From Opitutales bacterium (GTDB lineage: Bacteria; Verrucomicrobiota; Verrucomicrobiia; Opitutales; JAKPNF01), in the NCBI GenBank assembly GCA_031556275.1, contig JAVBTG010000021.1, forward strand, positions 1 through 43,408: 43,408 nt of DNA. Reading direction: 5' to 3'. Positions 34,330 through 43,408 of this stretch are shown piece by piece. The notes under the pieces were generated by a model. It had not been told where the DNA came from. It did not search any database and worked only from the letters and a program-made list of their open reading frames with translations. Within the stretch, counting starts at the first letter, position 1; each line of letters begins with the position of its first letter. The position numbers and the translations under genes are program-made.

Positions 34330-37281
34330 CTACGCAGCCCGCTTGCGGCGGGTGGCCAGCCATGCCAAAAGGGCCGCGCCGCCGCCCATGAGGAAAATCG
34401 AGGGTTCGGGGGCTTCCGTGAAAGAGAGCGTGTCGGACGAGGCGAGGGCCTGTTTTTCGGCGCGAACAACCGCCTCCCATTGCGCGGTGTTTTCGACGAC
34501 GATGTTGGCGGTGAAGGGGACGAGTATTTCCGTTTTCTTCGCCTCGCCCACGAGCGCGGGCAGCTCGGTGTCGATCAACGAGGGGTTGCGTTCCATTTTA
34601 AGCGCCTTGGCGTAGTTTAAAACGCCGTCCGCCCAAATGCCGTTGACGGGGTGAAGCTTTTCGTGGGGGACAAGCTTCCATGTTTTTTCGACGGGGTCGT
34701 AATATGCGGGGGCTTCTCCGGTTGTTTCAAACGCGAGCAGTTGAGGTATGTGTGCGCCGATGCTATCCGCCACCGGCCATATCTGCCCGCCGACAGACAC
34801 GAGTTTGACGGGGACGGCGCGCGTTTCAAATCGGATATGGAGATCCGTTTTGGGCTGGATGGCGAGCGGCGCAGGTGCTTCGGGCGCGCATGCGGCGAGC
34901 AAGCGCAAGATAGGCGATTCGCCTTTGAGTATTTCTCTTTTTGTGACGACCATGAAAATAGGATATTCCATGAACCGGCCGTCCTTTTTGAGATGTTGGC
35001 ATGCGTAGAGACGGGCTTGTTGCATTAGGGCGTTTTCGATGAGAAAGCCGCCTTCCAATGCGGGCACTCCGGGCGTTTTCTCATCAAGATTCGCCAGATG
35101 GGCCTTCCATTGGGAGAGCGGGAGCGTCTCGCCGTTTTTAAGCGGGGTGAGCTGGTAGTTCAGAAAGCTCACTTTCGCCGGAAAGTCAGGGCCTGTTTTT
35201 TGGATGAGGCGATCCACGATGCCGACCGCGGCCTTGGCATGGCAGCCGTCAAGGCCGCGGTCGACGATCAGGTGCAGCACGGGCGCGCGCGTCACGGGCT
35301 TGCAAGGGAGAGTTTTGTAAAAATGCTCCGAAGCAAGAACGGTTGAGATGGAATCGGACGCGATGGCGATTTGTCGGGCGTTTGATCCCTGTGAATCAGG
35401 CAACGTGGTGGATTTGCCGCTATGGATTTTTCCGCCCGCACAGATTGGGTGCAATAGGTCGATTTCCAGCGTGCGGTGGCCGTGGGCGGGAACAGGGAAG
35501 ACGGAAAGATGTAAGCTGCTGTCGCTTTTGTAATAGAGGATGGCGGGGTCTTTTTGAGTATGGGCGCGGATCATTTGGTAGACCCATAGCGCCGACTTTT
35601 TCTCGAAAATCCGGCCGGGAACGGGATTGCCGTCGATGTGTAGACGTATGCCTGAAATCAAGACGGCTTCCGGCAAATTCCATATGTCGACGAATTCGCC
35701 GTCGGTGCCGGTGGGGTTTTTGATGGTAAGGGTGTAGGTGGATTTTACCATGCCGTCTTCCTGAATTTGCTTGCAGGAGGCTTGAGCGGTGATGTTTGGG
35801 TTGGAAAAGGGGTTGCCGCGTATTTTATGCGTGCGCCGCACGTCGCTTCGTCCCCAGACATTTCCCCAAATTTCGCTCGGGCTGCCTTCCAGCCATTGGC
35901 GGTCAATTTTTCCCGTAAAGGCGGTATACACCTCCATCATGCGCTCGTCGGTGAAGACGAGGCCGTCGAACATGATTTTTCCGCGAAGCGGCGAGATGAT
36001 CGGCATGTATTTGCCGCTTTTGTAATCCGCCAGCCAGCGCAGTGCGTGCTCGACGCTTTGGGGGGAGGCGCTGAAACGCATCGGCTTGTCCGTGTCGGGC
36101 GCGCAGACGTAGCTGAGGGCAGAGCGCAAGGCGTGGCGGTAGTAGTAAGACTGCCCTACCACCCATGCGGGCATGACGGCGAACCCCGCCAGCGCGAGGA
36201 TGACCAGCAGCGCGCGCGGGTAGGCCGCGCCGTTTGCGCGGCAGGCGAGGTAGCCTTCCTTGAGCTTAAGCAGGTGTAGAATGAAAAGGACGGTCGGTGT
36301 GAGGATGAGAAAGCCCGCTCCCGCAACAAGGATGGCCGGAATGCTGAAAGGCAGGAAGGGGAGGAAGACGAAGAAGAAATAAAAGGTGAAGGAAAAGCAG
36401 ACGCAGCGGGCGAACCAGACGGGCAATGCCCATTTTCCATGGGCGGGGAGGATCAGCGCCAGCGTGTTGATGACCACCAGCGCGTAGACCCATGGGGTTT
36501 GGAAATCGACCGGGAAGGGGATCTTGATATTGAGCGCCATACCTCCGAGCGGAAGCACGAGCGCGACGACGAATGTCAGCATCCACGGAGGCACGAAACG
36601 GTTGTTTTTGAAAAACAAAAACAGCAATATCATCAGCCGTAACAGGCACACGCCCATGGCCAATGTGACGACGATCACTCCGAGAAGGATGAGCCATAGG
36701 GTGAATTGCTCGTTGATAATCCTGAAAGAGTCATAATTGGTTGTCCATTTTGCCGCCCACACGGCCATATGGCCGAAAAAATAAATAGCCAGCGGAATCC
36801 CGATAACCCCGCCCGCGCACAGGGCGGATTCTGTGCCCTTGCCATGCTTAATCGGGCGGCAGGCAAAGCACAGCGCGGCGTAAAAAAGTGCCGGCACGCA
36901 TCCTGTCAGCTGCGCGAACATGATGGGGCCTTCGGCCAGAATCCAGCGATCGACGGACGCGGGGAGGATGACATTGATGTGCGCGACGGCGAACCACAGG
37001 TATGCTGTTTGCAAAACGAAGGCCGTTGCCGCGGTGGCGTAGCCGACGGGTTTTTTTCGCAAAAATAGGATAAGGCTCCAGACGACGGCGACGGACAGGA
37101 TGGAGAGGTTGGCCAAGCCCCATTGCAGGGCGCAGGTTTTCTGCGCCTCGTTGGCCTCGCCTTGGACAAGCCCCCAGTCGCTGAGGTTGCTTAGCAGCAG
37201 TAGCGCCATCGGCAGCGCCCAGACGAGCGCGAGCATCCACGGTTTGAAAACGAAATCAGGCAGCGGGCGATGGTTTTGCAT
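34330..37281 (-). CDS. polytopic membrane protein with VIT-like and vWA-like domains and a C-terminal PEP-CTERM signal (MSEP-CTERM / XrtN-system-like)
   Basis: 983 aa. The first ~390 aa hold many TM helices. The VIT-like block is FVDIWNLPEAVLISGIRLHIDGNPVPGRIFEKKSALWVYQ...DPAILYYK...LHLSVFPVPAHGHRTLEIDL. The vWA-like block has a degenerate MIDAS (VLHLIVDRGLDGC). The tail is EAPEPSIFLMGGGAALLAWLATRRKRAA. An alternative start is the ATG at 37236. Confidence 0.8.
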   Translation of the reverse strand: MQNHRPLPDFVFKPWMLALVWALPMALLLLSNLSDWGLVQGEANEAQKTCALQWGLANLSILSVAVVWSLILFLRKKPVGYATAATAFVLQTAYLWFAVAHINVILPASVDRWILAEGPIMFAQLTGCVPALFYAALCFACRPIKHGKGTESALCAGGVIGIPLAIYFFGHMAVWAAKWTTNYDSFRIINEQFTLWLILLGVIVVTLAMGVCLLRLMILLFLFFKNNRFVPPWMLTFVVALVLPLGGMALNIKIPFPVDFQTPWVYALVVINTLALILPAHGKWALPVWFARCVCFSFTFYFFFVFLPFLPFSIPAILVAGAGFLILTPTVLFILHLLKLKEGYLACRANGAAYPRALLVILALAGFAVMPAWVVGQSYYYRHALRSALSYVCAPDTDKPMRFSASPQSVEHALRWLADYKSGKYMPIISPLRGKIMFDGLVFTDERMMEVYTAFTGKIDRQWLEGSPSEIWGNVWGRSDVRRTHKIRGNPFSNPNITAQASCKQIQEDGMVKSTYTLTIKNPTGTDGEFVDIWNLPEAVLISGIRLHIDGNPVPGRIFEKKSALWVYQMIRAHTQKDPAILYYKSDSSLHLSVFPVPAHGHRTLEIDLLHPICAGGKIHSGKSTTLPDSQGSNARQIAIASDSISTVLASEHFYKTLPCKPVTRAPVLHLIVDRGLDGCHAKAAVGIVDRLIQKTGPDFPAKVSFLNYQLTPLKNGETLPLSQWKAHLANLDEKTPGVPALEGGFLIENALMQQARLYACQHLKKDGRFMEYPIFMVVTKREILKGESPILRLLAACAPEAPAPLAIQPKTDLHIRFETRAVPVKLVSVGGQIWPVADSIGAHIPQLLAFETTGEAPAYYDPVEKTWKLVPHEKLHPVNGIWADGVLNYAKALKMERNPSLIDTELPALVGEAKKTEILVPFTANIVVENTAQWEAVVRAEKQALASSDTLSFTEAPEPSIFLMGGGAALLAWLATRRKRAA

Positions 37282-37903
37282 GGCGGGCGAATTGAAGGAG
37301 GAAGACGACGGCTGTCAGGAAAAACAAAAACACGAGCACGCCCGCCGCCTCGTGGGCCAGCGCGTCGTAGCGGCCGTCGAAGCGTGGGTGGCTGAAGGCG
37401 TGGGCCAATACTCCCGCGCCGAGGCGGCAGGCGTTGGCGAAGACGGCGAGCGGGTAGGCCAGCAGTGGCAGCCAGAGCCAGCCGAACGGGGTTTTGCCGA
37501 GCCATGCGGGGAAGTAGTCGTTGCGGCGCAGGTGCAGCCAGTTGAGCATGCACCATAGGATGCAGAAAAAACCGAACCCGCTGCACGCGGTCGTGACGCA
37601 CACGGAGATGCCCTGATATTCAAACAATAATCCCTGCGGGATTTCTTGGAGGGGCGTGCCCAGCATCAGCGAGGCCAGCCGCGCGGCGGGGGCCACGAAA
37701 ACGTAGCGGATAAAATCGTCTGTCGGCAACGCGTCGACCGCCCCGTATAGCCATAGAGGCAATGTCGCCCAAAAAAGCTGCCGAAGGGGGCTTGCCCCCG
37801 TGCAAGATGGATTTGTCTGTGCGCGCATGATTGTCCAAACACTGAAGCGGGGCGGCCCCACTATGCGCACGTGCTTGCAGGGTTGCAATAAATAAAATGG
37901 CAA
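37256..37903 (-). CDS. minimal exosortase-family protein (dedicated, single-substrate type)
   Basis: 215 aa (190 if it starts at ATG 37828), with VTTAC(107)SGFGFF, FAN(157)ACR(160)LGAG and ALAH(184)EAAG in exosortase order. It overlaps the downstream PEP-CTERM gene by 26 nt. Confidence 0.75.
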   Translation of the reverse strand: MPFYLLQPCKHVRIVGPPRFSVWTIMRAQTNPSCTGASPLRQLFWATLPLWLYGAVDALPTDDFIRYVFVAPAARLASLMLGTPLQEIPQGLLFEYQGISVCVTTACSGFGFFCILWCMLNWLHLRRNDYFPAWLGKTPFGWLWLPLLAYPLAVFANACRLGAGVLAHAFSHPRFDGRYDALAHEAAGVLVFLFFLTAVVFLLQFARHAKPSPAA

Positions 37904-37928
37904 CCCGCGTTTCCCTCACGCCATCGCG

Positions 37929-39047
37929 TCAATTCGACTGGACGCGATGGCCGCCTTTGCCGGGGGTGTAGACTAGGCGCAGGCCGGCGTTGGGACCGTC
38001 GGGGATGATCTCGTAGGAAAAATCTTTCGCGGCATTGCCTTCCAAGCGCAGGCGGTCTCCCCCCGCGATGCGGTTGGCTTGGACGATTTGGAAGGAAAGG
38101 TTGCCAGAGGGTTTGTAGTCTTTTAGGTAATTCACGGCGATGGTGGTGCCGTCTTCGAGGCGGACGGTTGAGTTGTTCGTTTTGTCCTTCCACACCAGAC
38201 GGTCAAAGCGGTTGCGCCCCGCGATGTCGATGGAGAGGATACCGTTGGGCTGCTGGATGTAGGTTTGCGGGATGTCGCTGACAAGCGTTGTCTCGCCCAC
38301 GACGCCTTCGCCCCCCGGACTCAGGCGGCCGCCCGCGTTGGTGATGCCTTCCGACAGGTGTTTGGCGTTGAGCACTCCCCCCGTCCAATTGAAAGTGCCC
38401 TTGCCGACGCCTTTGCGCACGCCGACGCGTTCGGGGTTGGGGATATCGCACAGCAGGTTGATCGTGCCGCCCGAAAAATTGTAGACGCCCACGGCGTTGG
38501 GCGAGCAGGTGAGCGGGAAGGGGCCTGTGATGTTGAGGGCGGTGTTCACGAGCGTGAGGGTGCCGCCCGACTGCTCGAAGGTGCAGGTGGGGTCTTCCAT
38601 CGGGCCGCAACCGGCCAAGTAAAAGATGTTTTCCACCTCCATGGAACCCCCCGTCATGGAGTAGGTGCCGACCATGGGTTTCACCCCGCGCAGGCCAGTG
38701 GTGCCGTTGGTTTTGAGCGCGCCTCCCTCCTTGATGGCGGTGCGCACGCGGTTGCCGCGGTGCTGGTAGAAATTCACACTGATGGGGACGGCGATGGTTA
38801 TCGTCGTGTCGGGGCCGCCGATGCTGACATCGTCGCCCTCGCCGGGGCGGAGCTTGCGATCGACGCGGGGAGGGGTCGTGCCGTCCGCGAGCGTCTGCGT
38901 CCAAATGGGATCCGTTATGTTGCCGGATTTGAGAGCGGTAAAGCCGCGCTTGATCGGCGCGCTGCCCACCGGACGTGAGGGAGCGGGGGCCGCCCATAGC
39001 GCGCAACCGCAGGCAAACAGGGCAAGAAGAAGGATGTTTTTGCGCAT
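37929..39047 (-). CDS. hypothetical secreted protein (G/T/N-rich, beta-strand-repeat-like)
   Basis: 372 aa with the signal peptide MRKNILLLALFACGCALWAAP and repeated GG(T/S)(L/I/M).(L/V) motifs. It has no C-terminal sorting signal. It lies 25 nt upstream of the mini-exosortase on the same strand. Confidence 0.65.
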   Translation of the reverse strand: MRKNILLLALFACGCALWAAPAPSRPVGSAPIKRGFTALKSGNITDPIWTQTLADGTTPPRVDRKLRPGEGDDVSIGGPDTTITIAVPISVNFYQHRGNRVRTAIKEGGALKTNGTTGLRGVKPMVGTYSMTGGSMEVENIFYLAGCGPMEDPTCTFEQSGGTLTLVNTALNITGPFPLTCSPNAVGVYNFSGGTINLLCDIPNPERVGVRKGVGKGTFNWTGGVLNAKHLSEGITNAGGRLSPGGEGVVGETTLVSDIPQTYIQQPNGILSIDIAGRNRFDRLVWKDKTNNSTVRLEDGTTIAVNYLKDYKPSGNLSFQIVQANRIAGGDRLRLEGNAAKDFSYEIIPDGPNAGLRLVYTPGKGGHRVQSN

Positions 39048-39154
39048 GGGGTCAGGGGGGTGTTCTTGTTATATCATTGTTCTATAAATAGAAACGGCCT
39101 GTTTCGCAAAGCCAAATTTTTGGAGAGGAAAAATGGTTTGCCCAAATGGGGCAC

Positions 39155-39184
39155 AAAAAACCCACCGAGGTTCGGCGGGTTTTT
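39155..39184 (-). terminator. rho-independent terminator downstream of the GH32 gene
   Basis: The minus strand reads aaaaa-CCCGCCGA-acc-TCGGTGGG-tttttt, a stem with one G-U pair. Confidence 0.7.
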
Positions 39185-39200
39185 GAAGGGGGGATGGCGG

Positions 39201-41489
39201 CTATTTTTTCCAGATCGACTGCACCGGGTAAACGACGAGCGATTTTATTTGGACGTCGCCTTCTTTGGCGAGCGCCAGGTTGGTGGTGCCGATGGCGTCG
39301 ACGGGTTTGTTGCGCAGGCTCACGCGCAGGCCTTTGTCGAGATAGCAATCCACCAGCGCGCTGTCGACCAGCATGCGCAATTCGCCCCGCGTCGAGGGGG
39401 TGAAGGGCTGGCCGTCTTTGTTGACTTGGAATTCGCCGCGCGTGTCGGGGCCGGTTCCGTCGCTTGTCAGCGCGAGTTTGGCCCCCGGCTTTTGGGCGTA
39501 TTCGATCACGATGTCGAGCAACTTCGTTCCCGGGCCATTGAGCGATTCGAGGGCGGCTTTGGTCTGCTCGAAGGTCGGGTTTTTCAAGTCGACGATCGGC
39601 TTTTCGCGCAGGGTTTCCAGTTCCTTGACGGGGTAGGCGATCATGCGCAGGCCGTCGGGGGTGCGGCGCAGCGAAAGTTCGAGCGGCACCGTCAGGCCTT
39701 GGCTGAATTTCAGATCGGGCCAGCGCTTGTTCATGGCGGGCCAGTTTTGCCCCGTCCAGCCGATCATGACTTTGCGGTTGTCGGGGGCGTTGTCGAACAC
39801 GATCGCCGCGCGGCAGCGCTCGTCCACACCCGTGAAAGATTCTTTGTACATGGGGGTGAAGGTCTTCCCGTCGAAGTCGCCCACATGGTAGAAATTCATG
39901 ACGCCGAATATCACCCACTTGGTCTTGTCCGGCTCGCCCTCGATGGGCAGCTCGATCAGGTCGGGGCATTCGTACACCGTGCTGCGGTCGGGCATTGTGA
40001 AGTTGCTTTCGAGTTTCCAATTCTTGAGGTCGGCGGAGGAGTAAACGGCGAAGTTGATGCCCTCGCGGTTGCTGTGGCGCTCGAGGTTTTGACGACGGAA
40101 GGGCGGCTTGCCCTCCGGTTTGAGGTGGGTGGGGGCCTCGTCGTACACGACCATGACCCATTTTTGGGTCGGCTCGTGCCAGAAGACTTTCGGGTCGCGC
40201 CCCTTGTGTTTGACGACAGGGTTGTTGTCCACTTCCTTCCACGTCTTGCCGTTGTCGATGGAGTAGGCCAAGCATTCGCCGCGGCCCGTGGAGGTGAAGG
40301 CCAGAAAGTCCGCGCCGCGCCCCGAGGGATCGACGCCGGACGAGTTGTTTTTATCCACAAAGCCGGTGCCCGAGTACATCATGTCCTCCACGCCGTTTTG
40401 GAACAGGGCCATATCATGTTCCTGCCAGTGGACAAGATCCGTGGAGGTGGCGTGGCCCCAGTGCATGTTTTGCCAATAAATGCCGACGGGGTTATGCTGC
40501 CAGAACAGGTGCCACACGCCGTTGCGGTAGTACAGGCCGTTGACGTCGTTGTTCCAGCCGCGGCGCTGGGAAAAATGGAATTGGTTGCGGTAAGGCTCCT
40601 TGTAGTCCTCTTCGGCGGCGGCCCATGTGTCGGAGGTGTGGATTTTGCGCAGCATGCTTTCCTTCGCGGGGGAAATGTGCTCCGCCTTCAGGGTGAGTTT
40701 TTGGCCCTGCCAATGACGCAGCGGATAATGCGCCCACCAGGCGATATCCGCCTCGCTTTCGGGCAGGTACACGTTGAGTGTTTGGGCGGGCTCGCCGTCG
40801 ACGGAAATGGTGAGGCGCTCGAATGCGTTTTTGGCGATCTCCTCCTGCGGGTTGGCCACGGGGATCATGAGGTATTTTTTGTCGGCCTTCAGCGAAAAGG
40901 TGGCTTCCGCGGAGTTGGCGGCGGCGCTGTCTTCGTCCGACCAGCGAAAGTCGTCGGCGTTGATGTGGCCCCATCGGCCTGATGATTTGTCCACAATCTC
41001 AATGCGGGCCGTCTTGCCTTGATAGGGGCGCATGTCAACGGCTTCGCGGCGCATGGTCTCGCTGTCGTGGCCCGTCGCTTTTTTGACCGAATTGCCGTCG
41101 ACGAAAATCTCGACAAAAAGGTCCGACGGATTGCGGCCTGCGCCGATCAGGAATGTCAGGTACTTGTGCGTGACGGGGAATTCCTGCGAGACGAGCTTGC
41201 CCTGCGGCTTGTCGCCCTGCTTGCCGCCGGGGGTGTTGGCGCCCTTGGGGTTGTTTTCAAAGGTGCCTATCCAGAATTTGCCCTGCGGCTTGGCGGGCTC
41301 GCGCTTGCGGGCGAGGGAGTTGTCGCCCTGGGTTGGCTGGTTTTTAAAGGCGTCGCCGGAGGCCGTCCAGTTGGTCAGATCCCCCGTCTCAAAGTCGCTG
41401 TTGGGGAACACGGGAGTGGAGGCGCACAGGGCGGCGGCGCCCAAAATGGCCGAAAATACCCCGAAAATGCCGGTTTTTTGGATGTTCAT
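39201..41489 (-). CDS. glycoside hydrolase family 32 (levanase / exo-inulinase / invertase-like), secreted
   Basis: The start at ATG 41489 gives the signal peptide MNIQKTGIFGVFSAILGAAALCAS. GH32 catalytic motifs are GWNNDVNGLYYRNGVWHLFWQHNP (WMNDPNG-type), RDPKVFW and VYECPDLIELP. About 300 aa of N-terminal lectin-like domains precede them. Confidence 0.88.
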   Translation of the reverse strand: MNIQKTGIFGVFSAILGAAALCASTPVFPNSDFETGDLTNWTASGDAFKNQPTQGDNSLARKREPAKPQGKFWIGTFENNPKGANTPGGKQGDKPQGKLVSQEFPVTHKYLTFLIGAGRNPSDLFVEIFVDGNSVKKATGHDSETMRREAVDMRPYQGKTARIEIVDKSSGRWGHINADDFRWSDEDSAAANSAEATFSLKADKKYLMIPVANPQEEIAKNAFERLTISVDGEPAQTLNVYLPESEADIAWWAHYPLRHWQGQKLTLKAEHISPAKESMLRKIHTSDTWAAAEEDYKEPYRNQFHFSQRRGWNNDVNGLYYRNGVWHLFWQHNPVGIYWQNMHWGHATSTDLVHWQEHDMALFQNGVEDMMYSGTGFVDKNNSSGVDPSGRGADFLAFTSTGRGECLAYSIDNGKTWKEVDNNPVVKHKGRDPKVFWHEPTQKWVMVVYDEAPTHLKPEGKPPFRRQNLERHSNREGINFAVYSSADLKNWKLESNFTMPDRSTVYECPDLIELPIEGEPDKTKWVIFGVMNFYHVGDFDGKTFTPMYKESFTGVDERCRAAIVFDNAPDNRKVMIGWTGQNWPAMNKRWPDLKFSQGLTVPLELSLRRTPDGLRMIAYPVKELETLREKPIVDLKNPTFEQTKAALESLNGPGTKLLDIVIEYAQKPGAKLALTSDGTGPDTRGEFQVNKDGQPFTPSTRGELRMLVDSALVDCYLDKGLRVSLRNKPVDAIGTTNLALAKEGDVQIKSLVVYPVQSIWKK

Positions 41490-41625
41490 AGATGCGCGTA
41501 TCATGCAAAAACGTGAATTCTCTGGCGAACAAAAAACGGAAAACACGGTTAAATCCCAGAGATAAAATTTTTTTTACGCTATTGCCAAACTGCGCGGGAA
41601 GCCTTGTCTTAATATGATACCTCTT

Positions 41626-43408
41626 ATGAAGTCTTTTCTCGTTTCGCTTTCGATGCCGTTTTTGTTCTTGCAGCAAAAAATGGACGCGCTCGAACAGAAG
41701 AACCGCCGCCTCATGGTTGTCCTGCTGTGCGCGCTGCTGGGCCTGCTGACGTATTTCACGTACAGCAACAGCTTCACGGGCGGCATGGTGCTGGACAACG
41801 CGATCGTGCTGCAGATGGACCCGCGCCTGCAGGCCCCGATCGACCCGACCGTGAAGACCGACCCCGTCGCTCTTACGGAGGTCAGCATTTTTCGCAATCC
41901 CTTTGCGAAGGATTCCTCGCTCGACAAGTTGTATGCCGACAAGAACTGGGACGAACTCAGGCCCGTCGAACGGTTGTTCCGCAAAACGGCCGCGCCCTTT
42001 TTGACGGAGCCGTTCCGCCCGCAAATCGAACGCATGTTCACGGAGAATTATTGGTGGCCCAGTTTCCCGACCGATCTCTACCGCCCGCTCACCACTTTTT
42101 CATATTTCGTGAACTACACGATGATGGGGTCGAAGACGGACACCTTCAGTTACCACGCCGTCAACCTGACGCTGCATTGGATCAACGCGTGCCTGGCGCT
42201 GCTGATCTGCCGCGCGTTGTGGCCCAAGCGCTACGCCATTTCGTTTTTGGCGGCCGCGATCTTCGCGCTGCACCCCGTGGCGGTGGAGAGCGTGACCAAT
42301 ATCGTGGGGCGCGCCGACTTGCTCAGCACGCTGTCGATCTTCCTGGCCGGTTACATTTACATACGGCTGGCGAAACTCACCGACGGGCGGGCCGAAACCG
42401 ACAAACGCGAAAAAAAATCCGCCCGCAGGGTGGTGTGGGGGTTGGGGATCTTTGCGTTTGTCTTCGTCTCCATCCTCGGCGTGCTGACGAAGGAGAGCGC
42501 GGCGATGCTGCTGGGCTTCATCGTGCTGTACGACTTTTTCTTCCGTTTTTTCAAATTGCCGACGCCCGCGCAGACGCGGTTCAAGCCCAGGCGGTTTGTG
42601 CCCGTCGCGTTCGCGGAGTCGGCGCTGGTGTTTTGCGCGATCTGCCTGGTGCGCTGGTACGTGGTCTACGAGCCGGGGAAAGCGTACCTGGCGGGGATCG
42701 CTCCCGCGCTGATGCTCTTGGCGGGGATATTTGTCGCGGTGCTGTGGCTCAATCTCGAGGGGAATGGCAAGCAATTCAAGGCTGTGACGGAAACGTTCCA
42801 AGATGCCTTTTCACGCTTTTTCCTGCGCGGATGGATATGGATAGCTCCGGCGGTGTTCGTCGTGTTTTACGCCAAGAAATTTATTTTGGAGGCATCGCCG
42901 TTTTACGGGCAGATATTCATCGACAACCCGATTGTCGGGGCGGGAAATTTTGAGGGATTGATGTCCGCCGTCAAGGTGCTTGGGCTGTATCTCGGATTGC
43001 TCGTCTATCCGGCGGATCTTTCCTGCGACTACTCGTTCAACCAGATTCCCGTATTCTGGGACCACACGGCTCATTTTTGGGACAACGCCCAGGCATGGCT
43101 GGCGCTGGTCGTCGTGGTGGCGCTGCTGGTCGCGGCGCTGCGCTTTGTGAAAAAAGCGCCCGTCTTCGGCTTCGGCGTGTGTTTGTTCTTTGTCATGATC
43201 CTGACGACCTCGAACGTGCTTTTCAACATCGGCTCGATCATGGCCGAGCGTTTCTTGTACCTGCCGTTGCTGGGGTTTGCCATCGTCGCGGCGATCATGA
43301 TTCGCGCCGTTTCGATCGCGCTGGGCCGAAAGATCGGAGAGACGCCTCCCGAGCGCGCGGCCTGCATCGTGTTGCTGCCTTCTTTCGTGCTGGCGTTGCT
43401 GGGGGTGC
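41626..43408 (+). CDS. TMTC/PMT-like GT-C fold membrane glycosyltransferase (DUF1736-type), 3' end runs off the window
   Basis: Absent from the ORF track because it has no stop in the window. Hand translation gives MKSFLVSLSMPFLFLQQKMDALEQKNRRLMVVLLCALLGLLTYF...LYRPLTTFSYFVNY...FSYHAVNLTLHWINACL...FALHPVAVESVTNIVGRADLL...GSIMAERFLYLPLLGF (DUF1736-like AER(F/V)LYLPS motif). An alternative start is the ATG at 41680. Confidence 0.65.
   Translation, partial: MKSFLVSLSMPFLFLQQKMDALEQKNRRLMVVLLCALLGLLTYFTYSNSFTGGMVLDNAIVLQMDPRLQAPIDPTVKTDPVALTEVSIFRNPFAKDSSLDKLYADKNWDELRPVERLFRKTAAPFLTEPFRPQIERMFTENYWWPSFPTDLYRPLTTFSYFVNYTMMGSKTDTFSYHAVNLTLHWINACLALLICRALWPKRYAISFLAAAIFALHPVAVESVTNIVGRADLLSTLSIFLAGYIYIRLAKLTDGRAETDKREKKSARRVVWGLGIFAFVFVSILGVLTKESAAMLLGFIVLYDFFFRFFKLPTPAQTRFKPRRFVPVAFAESALVFCAICLVRWYVVYEPGKAYLAGIAPALMLLAGIFVAVLWLNLEGNGKQFKAVTETFQDAFSRFFLRGWIWIAPAVFVVFYAKKFILEASPFYGQIFIDNPIVGAGNFEGLMSAVKVLGLYLGLLVYPADLSCDYSFNQIPVFWDHTAHFWDNAQAWLALVVVVALLVAALRFVKKAPVFGFGVCLFFVMILTTSNVLFNIGSIMAERFLYLPLLGFAIVAAIMIRAVSIALGRKIGETPPERAACIVLLPSFVLALLGV

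Noticed and set aside
39060-40982. 640-aa plus-strand ORF, plus several 130-400-aa ORFs, overlapping the GH32 gene.
   Set aside because: The GH32 catalytic motifs are all on the minus strand. The plus-strand product is a V/G/A/H/R-rich shadow.
41727-42953. 408-aa plus-strand ORF listed in the track.
   Set aside because: It is out of frame with the hand-translated TMTC/DUF1736-like gene, which has coherent TM helices and family motifs. The listed ORF is R/G/A-rich shadow.

Overview
High-GC (about 60%+) bacterial chromosome segment, probably from a PVC/Verrucomicrobiota-like organism. That guess rests only on the many PEP-CTERM and beta-strand-repeat secreted proteins. Housekeeping genes: terC-like, yjbQ, folA, thyA, rpmB, midA-like, tsaD, dnaK, groES, groEL, recN and tRNA-Ala(GGC). 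Accessory content of interest: (1) A TPR / exosortase / EpsI-like operon at 10728..14981, preceded by two predicted substrates. One is a roughly 870-aa PEP-CTERM repeat protein. The other is a DUF4114-like protein with a non-canonical PLPG C-terminal signal. (2) A second, compact operon at 39047..34330. It encodes a secreted protein, a minimal 215-aa exosortase and a single 983-aa polytopic VIT/vWA-like membrane protein that itself ends in a PEP-CTERM signal. This is my best candidate for a poorly described system. (3) A low-GC (about 35-40% in the lines I counted) DUF262/DUF1524 GmrSD-like restriction gene. It sits next to groEL between 34-bp direct repeats of a terminator hairpin, followed by a decayed 3' remnant of a paralog of the nearby methylmalonyl-CoA decarboxylase-like gene and an M23/PKD secreted protein. 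(4) A GT4 glycosyltransferase interrupted by one in-frame TAG. (5) Strong sigma-54-type -24/-12 motifs upstream of dnaK, groES and a secreted-protein gene. Two genes truncated by the window edges (TerC-like at the left, TMTC/DUF1736-like at the right) are missing from the ORF track and were translated by hand. No CRISPR array, rRNA, transposase or integrase was seen. Many long ORFs in the track are antisense or out-of-frame shadows typical of high-GC DNA.
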